A stretch of DNA of 64,000 bases, from assembly GCA_947479915.1 (NCBI GenBank), contig CANKAU010000007.1, positions 16,190-80,189 on the forward strand, written 5' to 3'. Position 1 is the stretch's first letter, and the number at the start of each line of letters is the position of its first letter. Below the pieces are notes generated by a model. It did no database searches and was not told the origin of the DNA. It saw only the letters and a list, made by a program, of their open reading frames with translations. Origin of the DNA: Chloroflexota bacterium. Lineage in GTDB: Bacteria; Chloroflexota; Dehalococcoidia; UBA2979. A program made the position numbers and the translations under genes. Shown piece after piece: positions 1 to 9,033 of this stretch.

Positions 1-539
1 GCGACGAGCTGCGCCTTCAGCTGCCGCCAGACCGCCGGGAGGTAGCGCACGTCGTCCAGCGCGTATCGGAGCTGATCCTCGGACAGCGGTCGGCGCGACC
101 ACTCGGTGTACTGCGCGCCCTTGTCCAGGTGCACGCCGGCCATGCGCTCCACGAGCGCGCCGTAGCCGATCTGCTCGCCCATGCCGAGGAATGCCGCGGC
201 GATCTGCGTGTCGAAGACCTTCGTCGCGCGAACACTGAACGCCGCGCCGATCAGCGCGAGGTCCGCCTGCGCGGAGTGGATGATGACCTCGACGTCATCG
301 CGGGCAACGAGGTCGATGACGGGACGCGGGTCGACGCGCAGCGGGTCGATCGCGGCGACGGTCGGGGTGTCGTGATCGCCCCAGCCCACCTGCACCAGCG
401 AGAGCTCGGCGACGTAGCGACCTTCGGTCATGAACTCGAGGTCGAGCGCGAACCAGCCGCACCGCGCGATCTCGGCGGCGATGGATGCCACCTCGGCGGC
501 ATCCGTGACTGGGGTCGGAAGTTGTTGTTCGACGGTCAC
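1..539 (-). CDS. rnd: Ribonuclease D (3'-5' exonuclease), N-terminal part; C-terminus lies upstream of the window
   Basis: Reverse-strand translation reads VTVEQQLPTPV...ALDLEFMTEGRYVAELSLVQV...IIHSAQADLALI...VFDTQIAAAFLGMGEQIGYGALVERMAGVHLDKGAQYTEWSRRPLSEDQLRYALDDVRYLP, matching the DEDDy RNase D family. GTG start at 537-539 (alternative 582-584). This frame is not in the supplied ORF list. Confidence 0.75.
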   Translation of the reverse strand, partial: MTVEQQLPTPVTDAAEVASIAAEIARCGWFALDLEFMTEGRYVAELSLVQVGWGDHDTPTVAAIDPLRVDPRPVIDLVARDDVEVIIHSAQADLALIGAAFSVRATKVFDTQIAAAFLGMGEQIGYGALVERMAGVHLDKGAQYTEWSRRPLSEDQLRYALDDVRYLPAVWRQLKAQLV

Positions 540-652
540 CGTCGCGACGATAACACGCGCAGCCGCTGAGAACGCCTCCCGCACGGGCGGTGAGCCGCGT
601 CCGGAGATATGCTGGAGCCACCATCCCTCAGTCCAGCAGCCGGAGCGCGGCC

Positions 653-1321
653 GTGACGAACCCCCTTCCCGACGAGGAACGCACCGAGCCGTTGCGGCTC
701 ACGGTGGTCTCCGACTTCATCTGACCGTGGTGCTACATCGGTCTCGTGGAGATCGAACGGCTGTACCGCAACTGGGACATTCAGCTCGACTGGGCGCCCT
801 TCTTCCTCGACCCGTCCATCCCGCCGGAGGGCCGTCCGCGCGCCCCGCAGGCGCCCGGTAGCCCCGAGACGCCCGTGGAGGCCCGCGGCAAGCGCCTCGG
901 CCTCGACTTCCGTCGAGGTCGCACGTTCACGCCGCACACGATCCTGTCGCTTCAGGCGGGCGAGTGGGCCGCCGCGACCGGGACGACGCAGCAGGTGATC
1001 GACTTCCACCGGGCGCTGTTCAAGGCGTACTTCACGGACTTCGAGGACCTGATGCAGATCGACACGCTCGTCCGGCACGCCGACGAGGTGGGACTGGACG
1101 GCGCGACGCTGCGCGAGGTGCTGGAGCAGGGCACCTTCGCCGACACGACGAACGAGGCGATCGAGCAGTCCTACGCGGTGGGCGTGCAGGCGATCCCGAC
1201 GTTCATCCTCGACGAGAAGTACGCGGTGGTCGGCGCGCAGGAGTACGACACGCTGGAGCGCGTGATGGAGCAGCTCAAGGCGAAGCGCCGCGAGACGCCC
1301 CTCCCCGACCCGCACGCGTAG
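653..1321 (+). CDS. DsbA/FrnE-like thiol:disulfide oxidoreductase with an in-frame TGA at 722-724 in place of the first Cys of the CPWC motif (candidate selenocysteine, otherwise a pseudogene)
   Basis: From GTG at 653 the frame reads MTNPLPDEERTEPLRLTVVSDFI-TGA-PWCYIGLVEIERL..., aligning to the FrnE N-terminus (KIDVWSDIACPWCYIGKRRLE). The listed ORF 746..1321 is the downstream remainder. High GC3 continues upstream of the TGA. Confidence 0.55.
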
Positions 1322-1425
1322 CGGCTTCGAGCGACGTGTCGGGTGAGGGGGCGGCGTCGAGTGATGAGAGAGCTGGCTAACGCGGGGCGCTCAACTCGGT
1401 TCGCCGAAGTACCGAAGCCACGCGG

Positions 1426-1947
1426 TCACTCCGAGTACCCGATCGCCTCAAAGACTGAGACAAATGGTGCCGGAGGCTGCGCGGAGACGGACACCCCGAA
1501 GCACCTTGGGTAATTCGTCGTTGGCGCACCTAGGTACCAATCAGAGAACTTCGGCATCGGGAAGTCGAACGTCCCGCTGCCTTGATCGTCGACTAGTACA
1601 GCCGCCGGAGTCAGTGTCGGTGCAGGATGATCAGTGCCTTGTAGGTGGAGGGCTGCGGAAACTCGGCTCCTCGGTGGAAAACCTGTGATCGACACGGTGA
1701 CTCGCTCACCCGGCTTAGCGGCCAAGGGTGAAATCGCCACTACCCGCGCCTGCCCATCTCTCGCCGCCTGTGATCGGTAGTCGGTACGACTCTCGGCGCA
1801 TTGATCGGGAGCGGGCTGTGCCTGTGTGTCTGTCGCTTGAAGCGACGCGACCGTCGGCGACGCGGTCCTCGTCGGACGAACTGACGGCATTCCGCATGCA
1901 GCGAGAAGCACACAGCCGACGATGGCGGCCCGCCTGATGCGCTTCAT
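1426..1947 (-). CDS. Putative lipoprotein, paralogous to the genes at 12556 and 13182
   Basis: Signal peptide with lipobox (MKRIRRAAIVGCVLLAACG). Shares the motif GERVTVSITGFPP with the RVTLRISGFPATT motif of the downstream paralogs. Confidence 0.55.
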   Translation of the reverse strand: MKRIRRAAIVGCVLLAACGMPSVRPTRTASPTVASLQATDTQAQPAPDQCAESRTDYRSQAARDGQARVVAISPLAAKPGERVTVSITGFPPRSRVSAALHLQGTDHPAPTLTPAAVLVDDQGSGTFDFPMPKFSDWYLGAPTTNYPRCFGVSVSAQPPAPFVSVFEAIGYSE

Positions 1948-1994
1948 ACGTGGACTCCGCGATTGCGCCCGCCCCGCTCGCGGGGCGACGCGCG

Positions 1995-2450
1995 CTACAC
2001 GCGGCGGGGCAGCTCCACGACGGCGGTGCCCTGCACGGGCTTCTCGCCGCGATCGTTCTCCAGCGTGACGTCGAGGTGGACGGCGCCCGCGCCGGTGCCC
2101 TCGAAGTCGCCCTCACCGTTGACGTCGGTGACCAGCGCCACACACCGGAGCAGATCCTCGTGGTGGACGGGGCGGCGGAACGAGACGTCCAGGCTCAGGA
2201 CGCGGCCCAGCGGGCCCATCCAGTCCGTGACGAGGCGCGTGAGCATCGAGGCTGACATGGGGCCGGGGACGATCGGCGCGGGGAGGCCGGCGGCCTTCGC
2301 ACGCACCGGGTCGGTAAAGCGGCCGCCGCCGTCCGGCAGGCCCGCCGCGGCGATGAACGCCACCACGTGGTCATGCGTCGGCTGCTGGGTCTCCTCGAAC
2401 TCGTCGCCGACAGAGACATCCTCGAAGTAGCGCTGAGTCAGATCGGCCAC
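1995..2450 (-). CDS. MaoC-like (R)-specific enoyl-CoA hydratase, hotdog fold
   Basis: Protein MADLTQRYFEDVSVGDEF... has the MaoC dehydratase signature. Its start is 2 nt downstream of the previous gene's stop. Confidence 0.8.
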   Translation of the reverse strand: MADLTQRYFEDVSVGDEFEETQQPTHDHVVAFIAAAGLPDGGGRFTDPVRAKAAGLPAPIVPGPMSASMLTRLVTDWMGPLGRVLSLDVSFRRPVHHEDLLRCVALVTDVNGEGDFEGTGAGAVHLDVTLENDRGEKPVQGTAVVELPRRV

Positions 2451-2451
2451 G

Positions 2452-3663
2452 CTATTCCCCCTCGCCCGTCGGCTTCACCTGGCGGTGGGCGCTGGTGCTC
2501 TCCACCGCGGCCACATCCTCGCCGTGCTGGTTGGCGTAGCGCGTGCGGCGCACGACAAAGACCATACGGCCGCTGCGGCCGGTCTTCTCGTACACCTCCT
2601 TCACCTGTGCGAAGCCCTCGATCGTGTCACCGGGGCGCACCGGGAGGTAGTACTCGTGCCGCTGCCCGGCCATCATCGTCGTGTCGCCGAAGGTGACCTT
2701 CGGGTCGGGCGGGCCGTCCATGCGCACGGACTGCACGATGCCCGGCGGGGCGATGATCCCCTTGTGCGGGCCGGCCGCTGCGAACGCCTCGTCGGTGTAG
2801 AGCGGATTGGTCTGGTCCAACGCCTCGCAGTACTCCGCGATCAACTCGCGCGTGACCTCGAACTTGCCGACAGGCACCTCGCGCCCCACGACGGAGCGGT
2901 CGTACTCCAGGTCGTCGCCACCCAGGCTGCCCTGCCCGCTGGTGCCCGGCAGGAACACCGCGGCGCCCGAGGGGCGCGGACGCGGCTCGACGCCGTCCTT
3001 CGTGTCGTCCAGGTACATCGGCGCGAACGAGGCGCTCGGGTCGCGCAGCGTGGCGACGAGGTCGTCCATCGTCTTGATGGTGCGGTCGAAGCGGGTGAGG
3101 CAGCGGCCGAGCGCGCTCACGAAGTGCGAGTCCGACGAGCCGATGACGCGCAGCCCGCGCGCATCGGCGAGGTCGAACGCGCGGCCGTTCTCGTAGTCGT
3201 TGCTGCCGCCGTTGAGCGCCTCGATCACCCGGACGCCCTCGAGCGTCACGCCGCGCTCATCGACGTGCTCAACGCAGCCGATGCGCGGACGCCCCGCGTG
3301 CGCACCGACCGCAACACCACCGGTCTCCCACGCGGCCTTGAAGACCTCCTCGTACGGGAGGGATACCGACGACAGATCGAACTTCGCAAGGAACTCCGGC
3401 GTGACGCCGAAGACCAGCACGTGGCCGATCGTCGTCTCCACCTCGACGCCGCGGAGCACGACGGCGTCGTAGCGAGCCGCCAGCTCCGAGTAGTCGCGAT
3501 CGAGGTCGAAGCGCCGGTGCTCGGTGACGACGAAGCCGTCGATCTTGAAGCCGAGCTTGCGGCGGGCGGCGATCCATTTCAGGTAGCCCTCCACCGTGCC
3601 GCCGGCATCATCGGATCCGTCCGAAGAGTGCACGTGGAGATCGAGGTACGTAGCGTCAGGCAT
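2452..3663 (-). CDS. Fusion protein: N-terminal PHP-family metal-dependent phosphoesterase domain plus C-terminal hotdog (MaoC_dehydrat_N / HadA-like) domain
   Basis: Sequence MPDATYLDLHVHSSDGSDD... carries the PHP HxH motif. After a Pro/Gly linker a hotdog domain follows (VGKFEVTRELIAEYCEALDQTNPLYTDEAF...). No stop codon separates the two parts. The long listed ORF 2452..3744 was trimmed to the Met start at 3661-3663. Confidence 0.7.
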   Translation of the reverse strand: MPDATYLDLHVHSSDGSDDAGGTVEGYLKWIAARRKLGFKIDGFVVTEHRRFDLDRDYSELAARYDAVVLRGVEVETTIGHVLVFGVTPEFLAKFDLSSVSLPYEEVFKAAWETGGVAVGAHAGRPRIGCVEHVDERGVTLEGVRVIEALNGGSNDYENGRAFDLADARGLRVIGSSDSHFVSALGRCLTRFDRTIKTMDDLVATLRDPSASFAPMYLDDTKDGVEPRPRPSGAAVFLPGTSGQGSLGGDDLEYDRSVVGREVPVGKFEVTRELIAEYCEALDQTNPLYTDEAFAAAGPHKGIIAPPGIVQSVRMDGPPDPKVTFGDTTMMAGQRHEYYLPVRPGDTIEGFAQVKEVYEKTGRSGRMVFVVRRTRYANQHGEDVAAVESTSAHRQVKPTGEGE

Positions 3664-3740
3664 CAGGCAGGCCTTCCCGCAAACTCCCGGTGGAGCGGCG
3701 TCGGGGTGGAGTGGCGATTGTCGCGCGCAATCGCAGGGCG

Positions 3741-5264
3741 TCAATCCGAAGCGTGATGGTCTTCCGTGAGGCGAGCGCGCACGAGGTGGCGCTGCACCTT
3801 CCCGGATGCCGTGCGCGGCAGCGCGTCTGTGCCCACCTCGATGCGGCGCGGCACCTTGTACGCGGCGAGCCGCGCGCGCAGGTGCGCATCGATCGCCGCG
3901 ACGTCGAGGCCACCCGTGCCGGCTGCCGGCACCACGACCGCAACCACGAGCGCGCCCCAGCGCTCATCCGGGATGCCGACCACCGCGCATTCCTCGACGC
4001 CCGCGAACGCGAGCAGTGCGGACTCGACCTCGGCGGGGTAGACGTTCTCTCCGCCGGAGACGATCAGGTCGTCGCGCCGGTCGGCGACGTAGAGGTAGCC
4101 CTCGTCGTCGAGGTACCCGAGATCCCCCGTGTGCAGCCACCCGTCGCGGATCGCCTCGGCAGTGGCCTCGGGCCGGCCGAGGTAGCCGGCGCAGACGGTC
4201 GGTCCGCTGACGACGATCTCGCCGATCTCGCCGGACGCCGCCTCTGCGCTCACGCCCTCGGCAGTCGCGACCTCGATGCGGACGGTGGTGCCGGGCAGCG
4301 GCAGCCCCGCGGAGCCGAGCTTGCGCAGCGCGTCCGCCGAAGACAGCGTGGCGACCTGCGAGGCGGTCTCGCTGAGGCCGTAGGTCTGCAGCACCGGCAC
4401 TCCACGCGCGGCGGAAGCCTCCAGCAGCGGGCGCGGCGCGGGGCCCCCACCGAGCAGCACGGCACGGAGCGTCGAGGGGTACGGCGCGTCGTCGAGCGCG
4501 TACATGCGCTGCAGCATGTTCGCAACGACCGATAGCAGCGACACGCGCTCCTCGCGCACGGAGCGCACCACGCGCGCCTCGTCGAAGCGCTCGTGGATGA
4601 CGGCGGTCGTGCCGTAGATCGCGCTGCGCAGCAGGATCGACAGCCCACCCACGTGGTACAGCGGCAGGCATGCCAGCCAGCGATCGGCCGCCTCGACACC
4701 GAGGTTCGCGGCCGACGCCACGGCGCTCCAGTAGAAGTTGCCGTGCGTCAGCACCGCGCCCTTCGGGCGTCCCGTAGTGCCGGACGTGTAGATCACGCTG
4801 TGCGGCTGCTCGAACGGGATCGAGGTCGACCCGACGAGCGGCGTCGCCGTGTGCCATGCCTGGTCGTCGGCGGGCAGCAGCGTCACGCCTGCCTCGGCGG
4901 CGGCGGCGCGCGCTTGCTCGAGGTGATCGGCGTCCGCGATGAGGTAGCGCGCGCCCGCGTCGCGCAGCTGCCACGCGATCTCGCCCGCAGTGAGTCGTGC
5001 GTTGTGCGGGGCGAGCATGCCGCCGGCGCGCGTGATCGCGTGCGCGAAGACCGCGAAGCCGTTGCCGTTCGCGTGCAACAGACCGACCGGTTCCCCCGGC
5101 GCGATGCCGAGCGCGGCAAGCCGCCCGGCCGCCGGTGCCACGCGCGCCTCGAGGTCCGCGTAGGTGAGCGCTTCGCCGTTGCACTCGACGGCGAGCGTGT
5201 CGGAGTGCGTCACAGCGCGCCGCGCGACCCAGTCGCCGAGGTCCACCGAGAGCAGTTCCGGCAT
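3741..5264 (-). CDS. menE: o-Succinylbenzoate-CoA ligase (AMP-forming)
   Basis: Adenylate-forming enzyme motifs (YTSGTTGRPKG, GYGLSE) and position in the men operon. Start reassigned to MPELLSVDLG (ATG at 5262-5264); the upstream part of the listed ORF is an Arg-rich artefact. Confidence 0.85.
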   Translation of the reverse strand: MPELLSVDLGDWVARRAVTHSDTLAVECNGEALTYADLEARVAPAAGRLAALGIAPGEPVGLLHANGNGFAVFAHAITRAGGMLAPHNARLTAGEIAWQLRDAGARYLIADADHLEQARAAAAEAGVTLLPADDQAWHTATPLVGSTSIPFEQPHSVIYTSGTTGRPKGAVLTHGNFYWSAVASAANLGVEAADRWLACLPLYHVGGLSILLRSAIYGTTAVIHERFDEARVVRSVREERVSLLSVVANMLQRMYALDDAPYPSTLRAVLLGGGPAPRPLLEASAARGVPVLQTYGLSETASQVATLSSADALRKLGSAGLPLPGTTVRIEVATAEGVSAEAASGEIGEIVVSGPTVCAGYLGRPEATAEAIRDGWLHTGDLGYLDDEGYLYVADRRDDLIVSGGENVYPAEVESALLAFAGVEECAVVGIPDERWGALVVAVVVPAAGTGGLDVAAIDAHLRARLAAYKVPRRIEVGTDALPRTASGKVQRHLVRARLTEDHHASD

Positions 5265-5274
5265 GGCGCTTCCT

Positions 5275-6387
5275 CTACCCCGTGACCCAGTCACCCTCGG
5301 CGACCTGCGCCCACGCGCCGTCCTGCGGCGCGATACCGAGGCCGGGCGCATCGAACGCGCGGAGCATGCCATCGTGCGCGACAAGCGTCTCCGCCACGAG
5401 GTCAGCCGCGAGGTGTTCGCCGGTGCCGAGGCCGTGCGCGATGCCGCCGGGGATCGCCCCGCCGATCGCGCTCGCGAGATGCAGTGCCGCCGCCGTCCCG
5501 ATCGAGGAGTCGAACGTCGTCGTCGCAAACGCGCCGATGCCCAAGCGCGCCGCGCGCTGCGCGATCGCGAACGCGGGTCGGAGTCCCCCGAGGAACATCG
5601 GCTTCAGGACGACGAGGTCCGCCGCGCGCAGTTCGAGGACGCGCTCCAGCGTTGCGGGGTCAGTCACTGACTCATCGGCGGCGATCTTCGGCGCCTCGTC
5701 CCCCAGCGCACGCGACGCCTCGCGCACGCGGGCGAGTGCCTCGACGTCGCCTGCGGCCACGGGCTGCTCGATCAGCTCGATGTGCAGCGGCGCGAGCGCG
5801 CACACGGCTGCGATCGCCGTCCACTCGTCCCACGCGCCGTTGGCGTCGAGGCGGATCGCGGCGTCCGGGACGGCATCCCGCAGTGCGTGGATCCGCCGCA
5901 CGTCGTGCTCGGGGCTGGCGGTGCCCACCTTCGCCTTCAGCACGCGGTAGCCCTGCGCGCGGGCCTCCGCGCCAAAGCGCGCGGTCTCCTCGGGCGTGCC
6001 TTCGCCAATGACCGCGTTCACGCGCACCGCCGGCGCCACGTGCTCCGTCAGCAGCGCGGCGATCGGCACCCCGGCGCGTTGCCCCTCGAGGTCGAGCGCG
6101 ACGACGTCCAGCGCGCAGCGCAGCGCCTGCACTCCGGGCGCACGAGGATCGAGCGCTTCGGCGAGCCCCGCGAGCAGCCCGACGTCGTGCCGCGCCAGCA
6201 GCGCGAGTACGTCTTCGATCGTGCCGTAACCGAGTGATGCGATGGGTGAGGCCTCGCCGTAGCCGACCCGCCCGTCGTCGTCGCGCACCTCGATCAGCAC
6301 GCCGCGGCGATCCGCCATCGCGCCGTGCGCCGCCTCGAAGCGGTGTCGCATCGGCAGGCGGAACGCGCGCCAGCGGAGAGATGCCAT
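5275..6387 (-). CDS. menC: o-Succinylbenzoate synthase (enolase superfamily)
   Basis: MASLRWRAFRLPMRHRF... with the enolase-superfamily fold pattern, 370 aa. ATG at 6385-6387 lies 3 nt from the menA stop. The listed 663-aa ORF over-extends across menA. Confidence 0.85.
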   Translation of the reverse strand: MASLRWRAFRLPMRHRFEAAHGAMADRRGVLIEVRDDDGRVGYGEASPIASLGYGTIEDVLALLARHDVGLLAGLAEALDPRAPGVQALRCALDVVALDLEGQRAGVPIAALLTEHVAPAVRVNAVIGEGTPEETARFGAEARAQGYRVLKAKVGTASPEHDVRRIHALRDAVPDAAIRLDANGAWDEWTAIAAVCALAPLHIELIEQPVAAGDVEALARVREASRALGDEAPKIAADESVTDPATLERVLELRAADLVVLKPMFLGGLRPAFAIAQRAARLGIGAFATTTFDSSIGTAAALHLASAIGGAIPGGIAHGLGTGEHLAADLVAETLVAHDGMLRAFDAPGLGIAPQDGAWAQVAEGDWVTG

Positions 6388-6389
6388 GA

Positions 6390-7328
6390 CTAGTTCGAGA
6401 GGCCGATCGCGAGCAGCAGCCCGAAGATCAGGTGCAGGCGCGCCATCGCACGGAGCGCGGCGTTCAGCGGCGGCCCGTCCGTACGGCGCAGCGAGACGGC
6501 GACCGGCATGATCGCAGCGGGCACGGAAAGCCACGACAGCAGCACGAGGCCGGAGAAACTCCCGAGGAGCCACAGCCCCGCTGCCGCGACGTACGCCCCC
6601 GCGACCACGACCACCAGTTCTGCGCGCGCGAGCCGCCGACCGAGGTACACCGCGAGCGTGTACTTCCCGGCGAGCCGGTCCTGGTCGATGTCGCGCACGT
6701 TGTTCACCACGAGGATCGCGGTCACCGTCAGCGCCACGGGCACCGACGCCGCGAGCACGTTGCTCGTCACCCGACACGCGTCCACGGCGCAGGACTGCAC
6801 GTAGTACGTCCCGGCGACCGCGACGACGCCGAAGAAGATGAACACGAAGACCTCGCCCAGGCCGCGATAGCCGAAGGGCCACGGGCCGCCGGTGTAGGTG
6901 ACCGCTGCGAGCATCGAGGCGAGCCCGATCGCGACGATCGGCCAGCCTCCGAGGTACGTGAGGTAGAGGCCGGCCACGGTCGCGAGCGCGAAGAAGGCGA
7001 TCACGCCCAGCGTGACCTGCCGTTCGGACAGCAGCCCGCGCTGCGTGACGCGGATGGGGCCGAGGCGCGTGTCCGTGTCCGCGCCTCGACGAAAGTCTGA
7101 GAGGTCGTTCGCGAGATTCGCGCCGGCCTGCAGAGCGAGCGCACCGAAGAGCGCCGCGAGCGCGGCCAGTGGCGCGCGGATGCCATCGTGCACGGCGACG
7201 CCGGTGCCCACGGCGACCGGAACAACGGCGGCGGTCAGCGTGGGCGGGCGGATCGCCATCAGCCACACGCGGAAGCGGCTCATCGTCGGCTCCGAGGCGG
7301 CACGACCGGCGGCCGAGGCCTTAGCCAT
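6390..7328 (-). CDS. menA: 1,4-Dihydroxy-2-naphthoate polyprenyltransferase (UbiA family)
   Basis: Polytopic membrane protein with the [15 protein letters not shown] motif. The N-terminus aligns to MenA. Overlaps the menB stop by 8 nt. Confidence 0.85.
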   Translation of the reverse strand: MAKASAAGRAASEPTMSRFRVWLMAIRPPTLTAAVVPVAVGTGVAVHDGIRAPLAALAALFGALALQAGANLANDLSDFRRGADTDTRLGPIRVTQRGLLSERQVTLGVIAFFALATVAGLYLTYLGGWPIVAIGLASMLAAVTYTGGPWPFGYRGLGEVFVFIFFGVVAVAGTYYVQSCAVDACRVTSNVLAASVPVALTVTAILVVNNVRDIDQDRLAGKYTLAVYLGRRLARAELVVVVAGAYVAAAGLWLLGSFSGLVLLSWLSVPAAIMPVAVSLRRTDGPPLNAALRAMARLHLIFGLLLAIGLSN

Positions 7329-8151
7329 GGAACGGCAGTCGCTGGAACTTGCTGAAGTCGGGCTGGCGCTTCTCGACGAACGAGTTGCGGCCTTCCTTCG
7401 CCTCGTCGGTGGTGTAGTAGAGCATCGTCAGATCGCCCGCGAGCACCTGGAGGCCCGTCGCGCCGTCCGTGTCCGCGAGGAACGCGTTCTTCAGGAAGCG
7501 GATCGCGGTGGACGACTTCGCGAGGATCTCGTTCGCCCAGGTCACGCCCTCGGCTTCGAGGTCTTCGAGCGGCACGACCTTGTTTACGAGGCCCATGTCC
7601 AGCGCCTCCTGCGCACCGTACTGGCGGCAGAGGTACCAGATCTCGCGGGCCTTCTTCGTCCCGACGAGTCGCGCGAGCATGGACACGCCATAGCCCGCGT
7701 CGAACGAACCGACGCGCGGGCCGGTCTGCCCGAAGCGGGCGTTCTCTGCGGCGATCGTGATATCGCAGATGACGTGCAGCACGTGGCCGCCGCCGATCGC
7801 GTAGCCCGCCACGAGGGCGATCACCGGCTTCGGCATCTCGCGGATAAAGCGCTGGAGCGGGAGCACGTTCAGCCGCGCGCTGCCCTCGGTGTCCACGTAG
7901 CCGGCGTGGCCGCGGATGCGCTGATCGCCGCCGGAGCAGAAGGCGCGGCCGCCGGCGCCGGTGAACAGCACCACGCCGATCGCGTCGTCCTTCGCCGCGT
8001 CCATGAACGCGTCGGCCAGCTCGTCGATGGTCAGCGGGCGGAAGGCGTTGTGCACCTCGGGGCGGTTGATGGTGATCTTGGCGATCCCACCCGACTTCTC
8101 GTAGACGATGTCGGTGTAGGTCTTGGCCGCCTGCCAGCGGATGTCGGTCAT
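7321..8151 (-). CDS. menB: 1,4-Dihydroxy-2-naphthoyl-CoA synthase (crotonase fold)
   Basis: [39 protein letters not shown]...FCSGGDQ... is unmistakably MenB. ATG at 8149-8151. Confidence 0.95.
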   Translation of the reverse strand: MTDIRWQAAKTYTDIVYEKSGGIAKITINRPEVHNAFRPLTIDELADAFMDAAKDDAIGVVLFTGAGGRAFCSGGDQRIRGHAGYVDTEGSARLNVLPLQRFIREMPKPVIALVAGYAIGGGHVLHVICDITIAAENARFGQTGPRVGSFDAGYGVSMLARLVGTKKAREIWYLCRQYGAQEALDMGLVNKVVPLEDLEAEGVTWANEILAKSSTAIRFLKNAFLADTDGATGLQVLAGDLTMLYYTTDEAKEGRNSFVEKRQPDFSKFQRLPFHG

Positions 8152-8174
8152 CGGTCCCCCTGCACGTTTCGGGA

Positions 8175-9029
8175 TCAGGACTGGCGCTCGCGCACACCCA
8201 CCAGGAACTCGCGCACCATCGCGTTGAACGCGTCCGGCCGCTCCAGGTGTGCCGCGTGGCCGGCGTCCTCGATCAGACGCATCGTAATGTCCGGGATGGC
8301 TTCGGCCATCTCCCGCGCGATCACGCTGAACTTCGTGTCCAGCGTACCCGCCGTCAGGTGCACAGGCACCCCGATCCCACCGAGGCGGTCGCCCACCCAC
8401 TCCTGTGAGCCGGTGCCCATGCCGCGCAACGACCCCGCGAGCCCCACCGGGTTCTGCGCGAGCCGCCCTCGACGCAGCGCCGCGCGCTGGTCAGCCGAAA
8501 GCGTGCGCTGCTGGCTGTCCCACAAGGCGATGGACTGCCAGAAGTCGACGAACGCCTCCAGCCCCTCCCGTTCGAGGCGCTGCGCCAGCACCTCGTCCGC
8601 CGCCACGCGCGCTTCACGCTCCTCGGCCGTCGCGAGGCCGGGCGTGGCGCCCTCCAGGAACAGCGCGGAGACGACGTCGGGGCGGTGCACCGCCACCTGC
8701 AGCGCGACGCGCCCGCCCAGCGAGTAGCCGAGCCACGCCGCACGCTCGTGCCCGAGCACGCGGAGCAGCGCCGCGAGGTCATCGACGGCGCGGCGCATCT
8801 GGTAGCGGTCGAGGGCGACCGGGCAGCCCGAGCGCCCGTGCCCGACGAGGTCGACGGCGATCGTGGTGAAGTCGGGCGCGAGTACCTCGACGAGCGAGCG
8901 CCACGAGGCACCCGTGCCGGTGAAGCCGTGGATCAGGACGACGGGCGGGCCGTTCCCCGCCACCTCGGCGTGCAGGTTCAGCCCATCGATGTCGACGTCG
9001 TGGCCGGTCGAGGCGATCGGAGCGGCCAC
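8175..9029 (-). CDS. menH: 2-Succinyl-6-hydroxy-2,4-cyclohexadiene-1-carboxylate synthase (alpha/beta hydrolase)
   Basis: Alpha/beta-hydrolase motifs ([20 protein letters not shown]). GTG start at 9027-9029 lies immediately after the menD stop. The upstream part of the listed ORF is an artefact. Confidence 0.8.
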   Translation of the reverse strand: MAAPIASTGHDVDIDGLNLHAEVAGNGPPVVLIHGFTGTGASWRSLVEVLAPDFTTIAVDLVGHGRSGCPVALDRYQMRRAVDDLAALLRVLGHERAAWLGYSLGGRVALQVAVHRPDVVSALFLEGATPGLATAEEREARVAADEVLAQRLEREGLEAFVDFWQSIALWDSQQRTLSADQRAALRRGRLAQNPVGLAGSLRGMGTGSQEWVGDRLGGIGVPVHLTAGTLDTKFSVIAREMAEAIPDITMRLIEDAGHAAHLERPDAFNAMVREFLVGVRERQS

Positions 9030-9033
9030 CGGG

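Noticed and set aside
3964-5184. Long Arg/Ala-rich ORFs on the opposite strand or in off-frames of real genes (for example 3964-5184 minus, 8863-10833 plus, 19505-21193 plus, 36729-38234 plus, 49534-51273 plus)
   Set aside because: Typical high-GC off-frame ORFs with no recognisable domains. They fully overlap confidently identified genes in another frame.
5275-7266. 663-aa ORF covering menC and extending across menA
   Set aside because: Only the C-terminal 370 aa (from MASLRWRAF) match o-succinylbenzoate synthase. The upstream part is an Arg-rich read-through overlapping menA.
8340-8900. One-nt disagreement between my sequence counting and the ORF-track coordinates around 8350-8900
   Set aside because: Probably a transcription or counting issue rather than biology. 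ORF-track coordinates were used for gene ends, and a plus or minus 1 nt uncertainty is stated.
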